Shown here piece after piece: positions 12,474 through 24,454 of a DNA stretch of 64,000 nt. The stretch is from contig JAUPSS010000001.1 of the NCBI GenBank assembly GCA_040285825.1, positions 3,162,001-3,226,000 of the forward strand. Direction: 5' to 3'. Position numbers and translations under genes: made by a program. Under the pieces are notes generated by a model. That model worked only from the letters and a program-made list of their open reading frames with translations, searched no databases and was not told the origin of the DNA. The first letter of the stretch is position 1, and the number at the start of each line of letters is the position of its first letter. The stretch is from Eukaryota sp. TZLM1-RC (lineage: Eukaryota > Protista > Metamonada: BaSk clade).

Positions 12474-13278
12474 ATGTTTAAAATATATTGCATAGCTCTT
12501 TTATTTTATTTCACAATTGAGAAAATGTTTTTGGCGAGAAAATAGAATTTCAAAATTTAATTATCATTCTTTACTATTTAGTCCACTTCTTTGTAAGGTC
12601 AGGGTTAGGGTTAGTCTTAATCTTTGTCTTCTGTGTAAGTTGAGTCTTTTATTGTTCAAAAACATTAACAAAAGGATGAATTAAATCAATCTCTATTCTT
12701 ATTTAATCATTACGCCACCATGTACCCAACAGTATCTTTTGCATCACATCCACAGTTGTTCTTTTGTGTCCCCTGGCCCATACAGCTCTGGCTTAGTTGG
12801 AGGAAAGTACCTATTTGGAAAACATTTGAAGATATTAAATGAAACTATAAATGAATTTTCATTAAGACAAAAATTTTTTTTATTATATTTTTAAGACATA
12901 AAAGGCTTGAAAAAAATGAATTGCGCTCACAGTGAACTCCAATTTCTTTGTGGGGGATGGATCAGTGGAATTCTATTTCATTTTGAAAACTTGGAGAAAA
13001 TTTTACAAATACATATTGGAAATTTAGTTTTACGTAATTTCTGCCAATTAAAATTGATAAATAGTCTGTCATCCATTTGTCTTCAGCAGAAATGTTTTGA
13101 AGATCACATATTCAAACCACAAAATTAAGGTAACACTAGTAAAATGTCTATCACCCAATTGAATTATATATGAAAAACAAGAAAACAGTGATTATTTTTT
13201 GTAGAATGAGAAGTTTTGGTTTTAGAAAACAGACTTTTTCCACTTCACATCGCCATTATATATACTCCTTTCTGCACT

Positions 13279-15261
13279 ATGAGTAGAACTTTGCCTCTCA
13301 CCAATGTGGTTATATTAACTGGACTCCCTGTTATCGATGAGTCTAAAAAAGACAAACTTTCTGCAGTCCTTACCAAAACGATCAAAAAACGGGTTGAACA
13401 AGCTCCTAGCAATATCGATATACCCCTCAATGACGAGCGCAAGAGTCAAGGTTTCGCATTTGTCACCTTCAAGTCAGACGATGTGACTCTCCGAGCCGTT
13501 GACAAACTCGATAACTTTGCCTTTGATAAGAAGCATACCTTCCGCGCCTCTCTCCTCGATGACATCCACAAGTTTGAAAACGTGCCCGACGACTACCCTG
13601 GTCCTCCAAAGATCCCACCCACTGAGTCCACGCCAACAGATCTCCATGAACACCTTCTCGATCGCCGAGCCCGTCCTCAGCTCCTCATGCATTACTCTGA
13701 GGGTGACGACGTCGTTACCTCAATCCACTCCATAGATAACATTGAAGGACTCAAGCACGAATTTGAAAGGCACCAATGGGCTCACGAAAAGCTTGGCCTC
13801 AGATGGTCTACTCATGGGACATATGCCGCAGCTTTCCATGATCAAGGTATTTCTCTTTGGGGAGGGAAAAGTTTTAAGCGGATTATGAAGTTTGCCCATC
13901 CACATGTCCGCGCACTGAAATTTTCAGCAAATGAATCATTTTTGATGACTTCAACAGCACCTGACAGACAAGAGAGGCTCACGCTAAAAATTTGGGAAAC
14001 TTTGACCGGAAAAGAGCTTCGTACTTTTAATCTTCATATTTCTGATGGTAACCCCTTTGAATCTTTTAAAATTTCAAATTGTGAACGCTATTTGGCCCGT
14101 ATTATGCGGGACAAGGTCGCTATTTACGATCTTTTCAATGATCTAGAACCCATCAGAAAGTCTATCATAAAGGAAACTAACGTGATGGCCATTGCATGGT
14201 CTCCAAAAGATCCCATTTTGTCACTTTACATTGCTGAAGGTATGATCCCTTCTAGAATAATGATTCTTGCTTTTGATAAGAACAAGAATGTGAAGCAAAT
14301 AAGAGTTAAAACGATTGTGCAAGTAAAGAATATAGACTTTTATTGGGCTCCTAATGGTGATTACCTGCTATGTAAAATCTTGAAGACTTCTAAATCTGGT
14401 AAAACCGATTTTATGGGTTTTGAACTATTTAAGCTTCGAGAACGTGAGGTTCCGTGCATCACACTTCCAGATCTCAAAGCTGAGAATGTCACTCACGTTG
14501 CCTGGGATCCTACAAGTCCAAAATTTGCGTATATTGAATCAGAAACACCGAGAATCGGAAACTTGATTGTATCAATGATTAAGGAGGGAAAAGTGGTGGA
14601 AATTGCTCGACACAACGCTCGACCTCTTTCGCATATCTATTGGTCACCAAAAGGTTCTGTTTTTGCTGCTGTTGGTATAGCTTCTCCAGGAACATCATTT
14701 GCTGGCCATGTAGATTTTTGCTTGGTTACTGATTCCGACTTGGAAGTCATTGAACAAACCCAACATTCCACCTGCATTACAGCCCAGTGGGCCACTTGCG
14801 GAAGGTATTTCTTGACTGCCAATGTTGCCAGTCGATCTACATTTGATAATGGATTCAATTTGTATAATTTACGAGGTAAACTTATTGAGAGTCAAAAGGT
14901 GAATAAGTTTTACCACGTGTTCTTCAGACCAACACCACCCCCATTACTCTCAAAAGAAAAATTAGATGAGATTAACTCAACTTTGAAGGAGAAATGGGAT
15001 GAATTTAAACGGGAAGATGATTTACTTCGCAATTTAGGTGTAGGTGAACAAGCAGAACGAAGAAGGAAACTTAGACTCGAGTGGCTTGAATATCAACAGA
15101 AATGGGAGCAACAAGCAAGTCAATGGAAAGCTCGTGATGTGGCTGAGTGGAAGGAGAAGGAAGAGGTGGTGGAGGAAGTTATTGATTGTGTTGAGGAGGA
15201 GATTGTTGAGAAGGATGCAGAAGGTGAAGAAGTGAAAGAAGAGGAAAAAACCGAAGAATAG
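13279..15261 (+). CDS. EIF3B: Translation initiation factor 3 subunit B (eIF3b/Prt1)
   Basis: N-terminal RRM (GLPVI...SQGFAFVTF...LDNFAFDKKHTF), beta-propeller repeats (WSTHGTY, WSPK, WSPKG, W..CGRYF, DNGF), 'FRPTPPPLLS'; first ATG at 13279. Confidence 0.95.
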   Translation: MSRTLPLTNVVILTGLPVIDESKKDKLSAVLTKTIKKRVEQAPSNIDIPLNDERKSQGFAFVTFKSDDVTLRAVDKLDNFAFDKKHTFRASLLDDIHKFENVPDDYPGPPKIPPTESTPTDLHEHLLDRRARPQLLMHYSEGDDVVTSIHSIDNIEGLKHEFERHQWAHEKLGLRWSTHGTYAAAFHDQGISLWGGKSFKRIMKFAHPHVRALKFSANESFLMTSTAPDRQERLTLKIWETLTGKELRTFNLHISDGNPFESFKISNCERYLARIMRDKVAIYDLFNDLEPIRKSIIKETNVMAIAWSPKDPILSLYIAEGMIPSRIMILAFDKNKNVKQIRVKTIVQVKNIDFYWAPNGDYLLCKILKTSKSGKTDFMGFELFKLREREVPCITLPDLKAENVTHVAWDPTSPKFAYIESETPRIGNLIVSMIKEGKVVEIARHNARPLSHIYWSPKGSVFAAVGIASPGTSFAGHVDFCLVTDSDLEVIEQTQHSTCITAQWATCGRYFLTANVASRSTFDNGFNLYNLRGKLIESQKVNKFYHVFFRPTPPPLLSKEKLDEINSTLKEKWDEFKREDDLLRNLGVGEQAERRRKLRLEWLEYQQKWEQQASQWKARDVAEWKEKEEVVEEVIDCVEEEIVEKDAEGEEVKEEEKTEE

Positions 15262-15884
15262 ATTTTTAGTCTTTTTTAATAAATTTCGTTTTTAATTAGT
15301 GAATTTCTTCTTGTTGCCCTTTGAATATCACAACTGGGGGGGGGAATCCTCCAAATTATTTATTGAAAAAATTAATGTGATGATCACGAACGATGAAGTG
15401 GTGGTGTGTATGCTCAATTTGATCACCTGATTGAACGTTTGCGTTGTTGCATTTACAAATCATTTCTTACTGTCATTTTACCTTTCATAATCCCAGCATT
15501 TGAAAAGGCGTTTTGGATGAAGCGTGAAAAGACTCATACAAATGAAACGTTGAGGCAAATCATGATTTGTTTTAATCTTGAACTAACTTTTTAATATTTC
15601 AATTAATTTTTCCTGTAGATCACTGTTACACTCAACAAAAGTTGAGGTTTTTCAGTCATAAAACAACCTACTGAAAACTTTATTGTGTTGTCAACATCAG
15701 AAATGTATTTTTAATTGATGATTCCACGCAAGCAATGATTTTTCAAACTGATTTATTGCAGAGATGAAGCTGAGATGAGTAAAGATTGAGCTCGAAATAG
15801 CGTTGGAAATAAGAGTTTTTGTTACCTGTTTTCAAGTATAATGGATCAATCAAACGAATCCTTTTGCAACAATACCTTTGACAT

Positions 15885-15940
15885 AATTGAAAAAGTTGAA
15901 TTGAAAAAGTTGAATTGAAAAAGTTGAATTGAAAAAGTTG
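15885..15940. repeat. Tandem repeat, 14-nt unit AATTGAAAAAGTTG x4
   Basis: Directly visible. Confidence 0.85.
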
Positions 15941-16045
15941 CATAACAACTAAAGTATCTACAGCTTGTCTACAGTGATACATGTTTATCTACAGTGGAGC
16001 TACCAACAAAATTAACATCATCCTAATCATTAATTGCTTCATCTC

Positions 16046-19000
16046 ATGTCAGAACATCTTTCTCCGGGTAAACCTTATTTGCGTCCCCACACAGAAGGAC
16101 AACCTGGATCTCCTCCGATGACGTTTGCTTCTCCAAGGAAATCACTGGAGAAGGGTGTAGGTGCGAGTCCTGGTGTTCATTTAGAAGCTCCGGGTCCAAT
16201 CCTACCGTCCTCTGAACCTAACCCCCACTTCCGTGCGCTCACTCCTAGCGAACGCAAAGAATCTGGCAGATTAGTTCATCATGGACTTGTGAGTCCACCC
16301 AGAAGCACTTCTTCAATTGGTAGAGGTGCATTCATTAGACCAATGCCTCAGGAACTCGAATCTGTTTCAATCGCTGAAATCCTCTCCATGGAACAAGATG
16401 CTGAAAAGTCTCCAAAAGCAAGAATGGGGTTGTTGTGGAAGCTTGTTTCTGCTTATATTCCCAATGATCAAAGTTCCATCCTCCGTCATATTGCTAGTCA
16501 TCTCGAGTTCTCTCTTGCTAGGAGTCGATTCTCCTATGATCCAGGTGCGCTATTCCTTGCTACTGCCTACTCTGTTAGAGACCGCCTGATTCAGTTTTGG
16601 AATGATACAGCCCAGCATTTCAACAGTTCTGTTACCAAACGTGCGTACTATCTCTCTATAGAGTATCTTATGGTATGTTGTTCTTTCAGCAACACTCACT
16701 TCAGGGAAGACAGCTGCTCAATGCTCTAGTTAACCTCGACGTTCTTGGTGAGTATCGTGCAGCATTACTTCAACTTGGTTTTCCACTAGAATACCTATGT
16801 GACGAGGAAAAAGATGCTGCTCTTGGTAATGGTGGCTTGGGACGCCTTGCCGCATGTATGCTTGATTCTGCAGCTACTCTCGACCTTCCTGTTTGGGGCT
16901 ATGGTACGCTATTTTCCCATCACTCTCATTAAAGGCTTACGTTACAAATATGGAATGTTCAGACAGGAGCTCAACAGAGGGTTTGTTTTTGAGGGTTTGA
17001 TCTAATCTCAGATATCAAGTATGTTTTTGTAATTTTCTAACTTTAGCGTGAATTACCTGATTTTTGGCTTACGTCTGATAATCGTATGAGGACTCTTCTC
17101 CTGCTCATTACAGCATGGCTTATAGAACGAAGTGATGTTCAATATGAAATTCAATTTTATGGTTCTGTTTCAGCTGAAGATGCTGAACATCGTGCTAGTT
17201 GGGCTGCTGGTCAAACAATACTAGCTTGTGCTCATGATTTTCCCATCCCAGGGTTTGGTACGTACAATACGACCAATCTTCGTCTCTGGTCTTCTCGTCC
17301 CTCAAAAGAATTTGATTTGGCTTCTTTCAATGCAGGAGAATACTATAAGATTGTAGAACAACGGCAGGACGCTGAACAGCTCTGTAGTGTGTTATATCCG
17401 GACGACAGCAGTGAGCCTGGTCGTGTCCTTCGTCTCAAGCAACAGTACTTCTTTGTAGCTGCTTCTATTGCTGATATCATGAGACGATTTAAGAAGACAG
17501 TTGGTCCCAATCCCAACTTTGGTTTGATCTTGTTTAATATCTCATCTTAGAAAGGTTCCCCGATCTCAATAGTATTCAATTAAATGATACTCACCCCTCT
17601 CTTGCTATTCCAGAGTTGTTGCGTGTACTTATGGATATTGAACGTCTACCATTCCAGAAAGCATTCCCCATAGTTCAACGTTGTTTCAACTATACCTGCC
17701 ATACACTCCTTCCTGAAGCTTTGGAGAAGTGGCCTGTCAGAACCCTCAAAGAATTGCTCCCTCGTCACTTGCAACTCATTATGTTGATCAATCATCACCA
17801 TTTGGAAAACTGCCGGCAAGTTCTAGGGGAGGCTCATGCTTCTATTCCACATCTTTCACTTGTTGAGGAGGATGTAGATAAGATGGTCAGAATGGCTAAT
17901 CTATGTGTTGTCGGTTCGTCCACTGTAAATGGTGTTGCCAGGATGCATGGAGAACTAATGAAGAGGTACGTCTTTAAACACTTCTCTCTCCTTGATGATT
18001 CCAAGTTTGTGTCAATTACCAATGGTTTTACACAACGAAGATGGTTACTCCTCAGTAATCCACATTTAGCCCAAGTTATCTCTGACTGTTTGGGTTCTGA
18101 TGAATGGATGATCAAGTTGGAAGGCTTGCAAAAACTTCGTGCTTTCGCTGATGATGACAACTTCCAACAAATGTGGAGATCAGCCAAGTTGAAGGCCAAA
18201 AAAAGGTTTGCTGAATGGATGGAGAGAGAGCTCAAAGTAAAGGTTGACCCTCAGGAATACATGTTTGACGTTATGGTGAAACGCATTCACGAGTACAAGC
18301 GTCAACTCATGAACGTTCTTGCTGTGATTTCCTACTACCTCAAGATTAGAGCAATGTCTTCTGCTGAGAGAGCCAGATTGGTCAAACGTTGTGTGTTGAT
18401 TGGTGGTAAGGCTGCACCTGGATACTATCGGGCCAAGGTTATTATCAAGCTGATTACTGCTGTCCAAGACGTTATCAATGCTGATGTGGAGTGTTCCAAA
18501 GTACTCAAGCTTGTCTTTGTTCCCAATTATTGTGTCTCTGTCGCTGAGATGATTATTCCCGCAGCTGATGTCTCCCAGCATATTAGTACAGCTGGTACGG
18601 AGGCCTCTGGCACTTCGAATATGGAATGTTTCTTTTTACTCTCTCTCATCACAGAAATTCTGTCTCAATGGAGCGGCTCTTCTAGGTACTAGAGATGGAG
18701 CCAGTGTTGAGATTGCTGAAGAAATCGGTGAGGAGAATGTTTTCTTCTTTGGAATGTCTGAAAACGATGTGGAACAGACCAGGGCATCAGTTGGAAAAGG
18801 AGAACCAGTTCACATTGACCAACGACTCAAGGTAGCAATTGCTGCTATTGAATCTGGAACTTTTGGAAATCCTGACATTTTCCAAGACATTATTGGTGAT
18901 GTGAAAGCAGGAACAGATTTCTACTGCGTTGCCGCCGACTTTAGTGCCTATGTTGATATGTTAGATCAAGTTCGTGTGGCGTACAAGGATCAACGTTCGT

Positions 19001-19288
19001 TTACAAGAAGATCTATTCTAACTGCTGCTGGTTTGTTTGGCTTTTTATAATCTTACCACAGGAATGTCGAAGTTCAGTAGTGATAGAATGACTCAGGACT
19101 ATGCTAGTCAGATATGGAAAGTCAGACCTGAACGACTGCCAGAACCTGTTTATTCTGAGGATTCCAGATTAATGGTTTCTTCAACTGTTCCTAGGGAGGT
19201 GAAGTCTTATATTTCTCCAACAACCGGTGAAAAGATTAGCGAAGCCTCCCTCCCTGAGCAAGAACCTGAGTTTGGTATTGGTACGTAA
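16046..19288 (+). CDS. PYG: Glycogen phosphorylase, 9 exons; introns 16673-16704, 16904-16934, 16981-17011, 17019-17046, 17084-17113, 17522-17550, 18624-18654 (GA-AG), 19031-19061
   Basis: YYLSIEYLM/GRQL, LGNGGLGRLAAC, GYG/LRYKYGMF, G/YQ/RELPDFWL, RLKQQYF, QLNDTHP, KRIHEYKRQ, GKAAPGY, EASGTSNM/KF, G/MSKFSSDR; each intron removal restores a conserved motif. Confidence 0.95.
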
Positions 19289-20035
19289 ATAGTTTTTTTC
19301 CTATGTATAAAGCTTTGTTGTGGTAATGTTTAGATTTAATACCAAGTACTTTTGGATATATTTCAGTTTGAGCTACCTCAGTTTGCTAGAGTCCGTGTTT
19401 ATTCAGAAAATTGAAGGGAACACTATCTATAGTCAGTTTAGTCAAATCACGTGTTTAAACAATTGTTCCATACAACAGGACCAAGCTTTCATAAATCGAA
19501 TTTGATTGTTCGAAAAATGTCCTTTTCGTCAGCATTTCTCAGTCGATTTGATTGCTATTGTCATAGTGATTCACAATATCAGACTTATACTGTGCTATTG
19601 GTGTTCTGATTGTCCTTTCAAATGATGATTCTCCACTTTATAGGATTAGGGTTGTCAACCTATCTATTGTCATCGAGACATTAAGACGAAACTACATTTG
19701 TCAGAACGGAACAATTACAAGAAACCAGGTAAATCACTGCTTTTGCAAATCACGTTATAGTTAATTGAATAATGGTAAAGATCTTGTTTTTTATCAGAAT
19801 GTTTCGTTGCACGAATCTGTGTCAAGAACAGAATTAAGAAAATGAACAATAGAAACAAACATCAAGGGGTCATTGGTTTTCAATTTAATACATACACAAT
19901 AGATTTAAAGATTTTAGAAGAACAGAGCAAGAGACATTGATGGAATTATCTACAAATTTTCAGAATTTTAGTAAAATTAGTGTTTCAATAGCTCAATTGA
20001 AAATATATTTACAAGCATTTACTAAAGAAACTCAA

Positions 20036-23000
20036 TTATAGATACTGATAAAAATTATGAATCAACATATGCTGAACAAAGTGATCTCCATGGCCCCAAA
20101 CATTGAAAGGTGTAGTAATATAAGCAACACTGGAAGATCTACCGACTCTTTTCTCCACCAAAAACGGTACCTTATCTCCATTGTAGGCTAAAACATTAAC
20201 ATCAGCATCAGTAACCTTGATGACATACTCTCTTGATCCAGTTTCCCCACGATGAGAGAGAGGTAGACCTTGTGTGAGAGGATGTGTAGTCGTCAGAGTA
20301 TACATTGGTTCTGTAGAAGTTGTCCATTCTCCATTGTAAGAATGACGGATCAGATACTTGTCAAAATTCGTGGAAAAATCCGAATCAGACGATCCACCGC
20401 AGAAGAAAAGCTTTGTTCTAGCGTTGTAGAGTGAAGCATTAAGCTTGGTGTATAATGAACTTTCGAAATCTTGCTCATTCAACATCAAGAAAACAGAATC
20501 ATATTCACCAGGATCAAAGAGTTCTTCATCACCAAGATACAAATCAAACTTGGGCGAATCCCTTTGGTTAAATGGCCTTCCACCCAAAGCATGTTGGGCA
20601 GAATTTAGAGCTGGTCCAAATTCCGAAGGTAACATTGACCTGCTGTGGCTAATTTGGATTGCATGGCGTCGAGATCGTTTGGTACAATCAGAGGGTTGTA
20701 GTTGGAAAAAATTAATGATTATTTGGCGAACATACGAAAATATATCAGAATCTAATCCAAATTTGGGAACAAATGATGTCAGAGCAAAGATAGAATTACC
20801 CCATTCTTCAGTAGATTTACAAGCAACAGTGCCATAACCATCTCCATTGCGTTGGTAAATCACTCCTTCACGACCAGTTGGACGCAGCATATACTGGAAA
20901 GATTCAGTAAAGGTAATATTAGTGGGAAGTTTGGTATTGAATCTGCCAGTTTCAAACGACTCTAAATGGGGTATACCTGTAGAAAACCATTCAAACTGAC
21001 TCTTCACGTGGAAAAGTTCTTTGAAATGCGAAGTGAATCGATATGAACGAGTTCCTCCCCAGAAATAAATTTTCTTGTTCTGTTTCAAAAGGTAGATGAT
21101 GTCAGCAACTTCATCTTCTTCGAGCTTTCCCCCATTGTAGGCTATGAAAAACGTACTGTAAGATTCCAAATCAGATGAAGAAAAAGAATTTGGCATAATA
21201 AAATCATACTCAATACCTATGTTGTTGAGTACATGCAAAAGACCATTCATTTCTAGAGGAGAATCTTCTGCAATAGATGTAGAAATCGACAAGAGGACCT
21301 TTTTCCTGGTCCACTGGGTATCTTTGTGCTCTATATGAATCGCGTTCAACAACAACTGCTTGAAATAACTAGAGTCATCATCTCTATAACAATCAGGATA
21401 GAAATCTACCAACACAAAGACTCCATTCTGCACAACCTTAGTAACGGCCAAAGGAAACCCAAATCCATTTTCCCTTCTAATGGAAACCCTAGCATTGGGA
21501 TCGGCTATATCCACGTAGGAAAATGTACATGTGCCCTGAAAGCTATATTCTTTTGGTAAATTGCTAGTAAGTGGATCTGAAGGATCAACTATAGCAGCAT
21601 CTATATCTGCGGATCTGGATATCCAGTTATCTCGCAAAGTGCGAAGTTTAATGAAATTTGTGTTAATATTGGAGATATAAGACTCGGAGTAACTGCCACC
21701 AAAGAAAATAACTCGTTTTCCTGCTTCCAACCATGACTCAACAACTTCCATGTTGTCGTTAGAAAACTCACCCTTGTAAAACATCACAATAACGGTGGTG
21801 TAAAGAGAGCAATCAATACCATAATATTCATTAGTAGCAACAACATTATACTTAATACCTTCTTCTCTAAGAAACCATTCTGATGATAACAAAGGAGATG
21901 GATTTGCTGACGACTGAGTTGTCTGGATTACAAGAATTTCATGGGCCCTAAACTCAGCTTCCTTGTACGTGAGGGCGAAACAATTCTTGACAAGCGAGGT
22001 CATAAAAACGGTGTCCTTTCCGGTTGGTGCAAATTCTGATAGTGCAGGAGTAGCAAAAGTAAGAAAACCATTACCAACCTGTTTGGCGAGTAGGGCAGGC
22101 CATCCATTAGAATTACGCAACACGACAGTAGCTTTGGGATCAGTGACACGCACAGCAAATCTAGGATAGTCGTAATCAATGAATGAGAAATCCTTAATGA
22201 CATTTGCGAGAAGTGGGTGGTTTGGTAAATCGTAAATGAAACATTCCCTCATTTCAAGCCAAGATGTTTCCTCAGTGTTTGTTCTTAACAAACCACTATC
22301 ATCCAAAGCGTGAGATAAGGTGGTGGAAGTGCCAAATATACTAAGTTTCATCCCCTTCTCCACAGCATTGTACAATGATTCAAACTTTTCTTGGGAGAAC
22401 TTGTGGCCATTGATATACAGGTTGACGTGCTTGTACTCTGAAAATGGTAATTTTTCATAGTCGTATGTGTAAATGACATCATATGAAAGGTAGCCTTTGG
22501 TGTAAAAACGACTCACCATTGATTCAAAATAACGTGTTTGTTGGGCGTCCGAGATTTCCACATCATAGACCATGAGTGCATCAGGTCTTTTCCATCTTGC
22601 TTGATGTGGAAGGATCGACAGTGCATTGGACAACAGCTGGCGAAGGAAGACTGTTGTAGTGGAACTCTCGAAAAGCCTTTCGTGGTAACCCAAAGGAAAG
22701 TATGTAAGAACACCTTTACCATACGCTTTTGTAACTACGGATGGGATACCGTCCCTGTCTCGGAAGCAAACACGTGCAAATGGATCTTCAACAACTCCAA
22801 ACAGATATGCATCATTCTCAAGAATAGTAGTATCATTTAAACCAGTCGTTAATGCACAACCATGATCCCAGATAGACAATTCTGCATCACCAGGGGGACG
22901 ATTCCAACTTTGTCTTGTGATACTGATTAGTTCAGATATAGTTCCAATAAAGCTCTCGCTTTGGCTAAAGCCGAAAAGAACGAGACGGTTGCCAGAGCTA

Positions 23001-23260
23001 ACAAATTCTATTAAACACTTGGCATCATCAGAGTTGAGATCATAATAAGTATATACTACAACCACATCTGTGTATGGAGACAAGTCCACCTCAGAAAAAT
23101 GATAAGTATCGATGTGATTATCGAAGTGTCCCAGATTGTCTTTAATATATGTAACGTCACCAATATCACTTGTGAGTAGAAGAGTCTTGCAACTGACTAT
23201 AGAAATCAGTAGAAGAAAGCAGGATATGCTTACCCAGAACAACTTCATATTGAAGGGCAT
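20036..23260 (-). CDS. Secreted protein with five ~210-aa tandem class I GATase-like (ThuA/beta-galactosidase trimerisation-like) repeats
   Basis: Hydrophobic signal peptide; recurring 'L..Y..h-h-h', 'G.rh.hfGg', 'HPL..L', 'P.h..K.vG.G' motifs; intronless. Fold assignment is inference. Confidence 0.6.
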   Translation of the reverse strand: MPFNMKLFWVSISCFLLLISIVSCKTLLLTSDIGDVTYIKDNLGHFDNHIDTYHFSEVDLSPYTDVVVVYTYYDLNSDDAKCLIEFVSSGNRLVLFGFSQSESFIGTISELISITRQSWNRPPGDAELSIWDHGCALTTGLNDTTILENDAYLFGVVEDPFARVCFRDRDGIPSVVTKAYGKGVLTYFPLGYHERLFESSTTTVFLRQLLSNALSILPHQARWKRPDALMVYDVEISDAQQTRYFESMVSRFYTKGYLSYDVIYTYDYEKLPFSEYKHVNLYINGHKFSQEKFESLYNAVEKGMKLSIFGTSTTLSHALDDSGLLRTNTEETSWLEMRECFIYDLPNHPLLANVIKDFSFIDYDYPRFAVRVTDPKATVVLRNSNGWPALLAKQVGNGFLTFATPALSEFAPTGKDTVFMTSLVKNCFALTYKEAEFRAHEILVIQTTQSSANPSPLLSSEWFLREEGIKYNVVATNEYYGIDCSLYTTVIVMFYKGEFSNDNMEVVESWLEAGKRVIFFGGSYSESYISNINTNFIKLRTLRDNWISRSADIDAAIVDPSDPLTSNLPKEYSFQGTCTFSYVDIADPNARVSIRRENGFGFPLAVTKVVQNGVFVLVDFYPDCYRDDDSSYFKQLLLNAIHIEHKDTQWTRKKVLLSISTSIAEDSPLEMNGLLHVLNNIGIEYDFIMPNSFSSSDLESYSTFFIAYNGGKLEEDEVADIIYLLKQNKKIYFWGGTRSYRFTSHFKELFHVKSQFEWFSTGIPHLESFETGRFNTKLPTNITFTESFQYMLRPTGREGVIYQRNGDGYGTVACKSTEEWGNSIFALTSFVPKFGLDSDIFSYVRQIIINFFQLQPSDCTKRSRRHAIQISHSRSMLPSEFGPALNSAQHALGGRPFNQRDSPKFDLYLGDEELFDPGEYDSVFLMLNEQDFESSLYTKLNASLYNARTKLFFCGGSSDSDFSTNFDKYLIRHSYNGEWTTSTEPMYTLTTTHPLTQGLPLSHRGETGSREYVIKVTDADVNVLAYNGDKVPFLVEKRVGRSSSVAYITTPFNVWGHGDHFVQHMLIHNFYQYL

Positions 23261-23306
23261 CAAAATGAATGAATGCTCAAGATTTTATTTACTCTGTTAA
23301 ACAAAT

Positions 23307-23425
23307 TTAAAACTTTGCTGTGGAAGAAGCACAAGATCTCAAAATGTGGGTTATTCTCCCAGTTAAGCAACTTTTCAGCATGAAAAATTTAATATGTTTT
23401 TCCAAATCTAAGGAAGAATTTCTTA
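23307..23425 (-). mobile_element. CRE family A internal fragment
   Basis: 'SSLDLEKHIKFFMLK..TGRITHILRSCA' matches 47160-47260. Confidence 0.75.
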
Positions 23426-23609
23426 ATTTATTATTTACTTGCACACTTAACAAAATAGTGATGTTGTTGTAGACATACTGTGTCACAGGTAAAAGGATAA
23501 AGATATTTATTGAATTCACCGGCCCTTATAAAGGCCATCACTAGTGAAGTATCTATGATAATAAATGTACTAGACTAATTGTCCACAGTACAACAATAGA
23601 CTCAAAACA

Positions 23610-24400
23610 GTTCTTCATCTTGTTCAACTCAGATTCCTCATATTTATGGTCTTCTTTTAGATGATGCCACATTTTCTTGTACAGTGCGCCTTCGATGTTT
23701 CATTTGGCCCAATAAACCTCATAATTGGGATTGCAAATGTGGATCAAAAATTTTTCCAAATCAATTGTTTAACTGTAAACATTTCATTACTTCTCGATCA
23801 AAAGTTTATGATGCAGTTGAAGATCAGCTCTATTGTATGTCTAAGTCTCACGAAATTGTCTCCTATTTGGAACCATTACTTTCTCGTTTGTTTGATGAGG
23901 ACACTTTCAATTCATTTGGTCGTAACAGAGGTGATTTAATGCTTGAAGGACTTGATCGGACCACTATCATTACTAATGTGAGACCAACTGATGTGTGTTC
24001 CAATTTTTATACCATTAGCTCAGTCAAAACACAAGAATCCGCTGTCTAGTACCGAAAATTCTAAAATTGATAAATATAAAGCAAAGTTGGTTTTCTTGAA
24101 TGCTGAATCTCACACTCATTGTGTCATTTGTCCATTTGCTTTTTCCTTACATGGTACGCTTGGTCCACTTGCTTTATCTTTTTTGGGTGATTTTGTTGAC
24201 ATTGTAAAACAACGTTCAGGAAAAATTTTTGGCAAAACGTTTTGGCAGAACATTGTTTTTTCAATTTTAAAAGGCGTTGTCCCGTTATTTTCTTCTGCTT
24301 TATTATCTCTTGGTCGCTTTTATGAAGGAAAAACTTCCAAACAATTTTATTGGCTGCTTTGGGATATCAAGATTTACAATTTAATTTTTGTGTTTAGTTC
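23610..24400 (+). mobile_element. CRE family D 3' fragment
   Basis: CKCG..LFNC, 'DAVEDQLY', 'RGDL', 'KIDKY', 'PFAFSLHG' with frameshifts. Confidence 0.85.
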
Positions 24401-24454
24401 TTTAAAAGTAAAAAATTGAAAACTTGACCAAAAAAAAATAAATGATGTGACGAA

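Noticed and set aside
12594-12615. TTAGGG-like run as a telomere or retrotransposon target
   Set aside because: Only about 2.5 units, with no adjacent element junction.
13245-15235. Antisense and alternate-frame ORFs inside eIF3b (likewise in phosphorylase, cathepsins and TEs)
   Set aside because: Shadow ORFs of real coding sequence with no motifs.
15885-15940. Regular repeat as a CRISPR-like array
   Set aside because: Head-to-tail 14-mers with no spacers.
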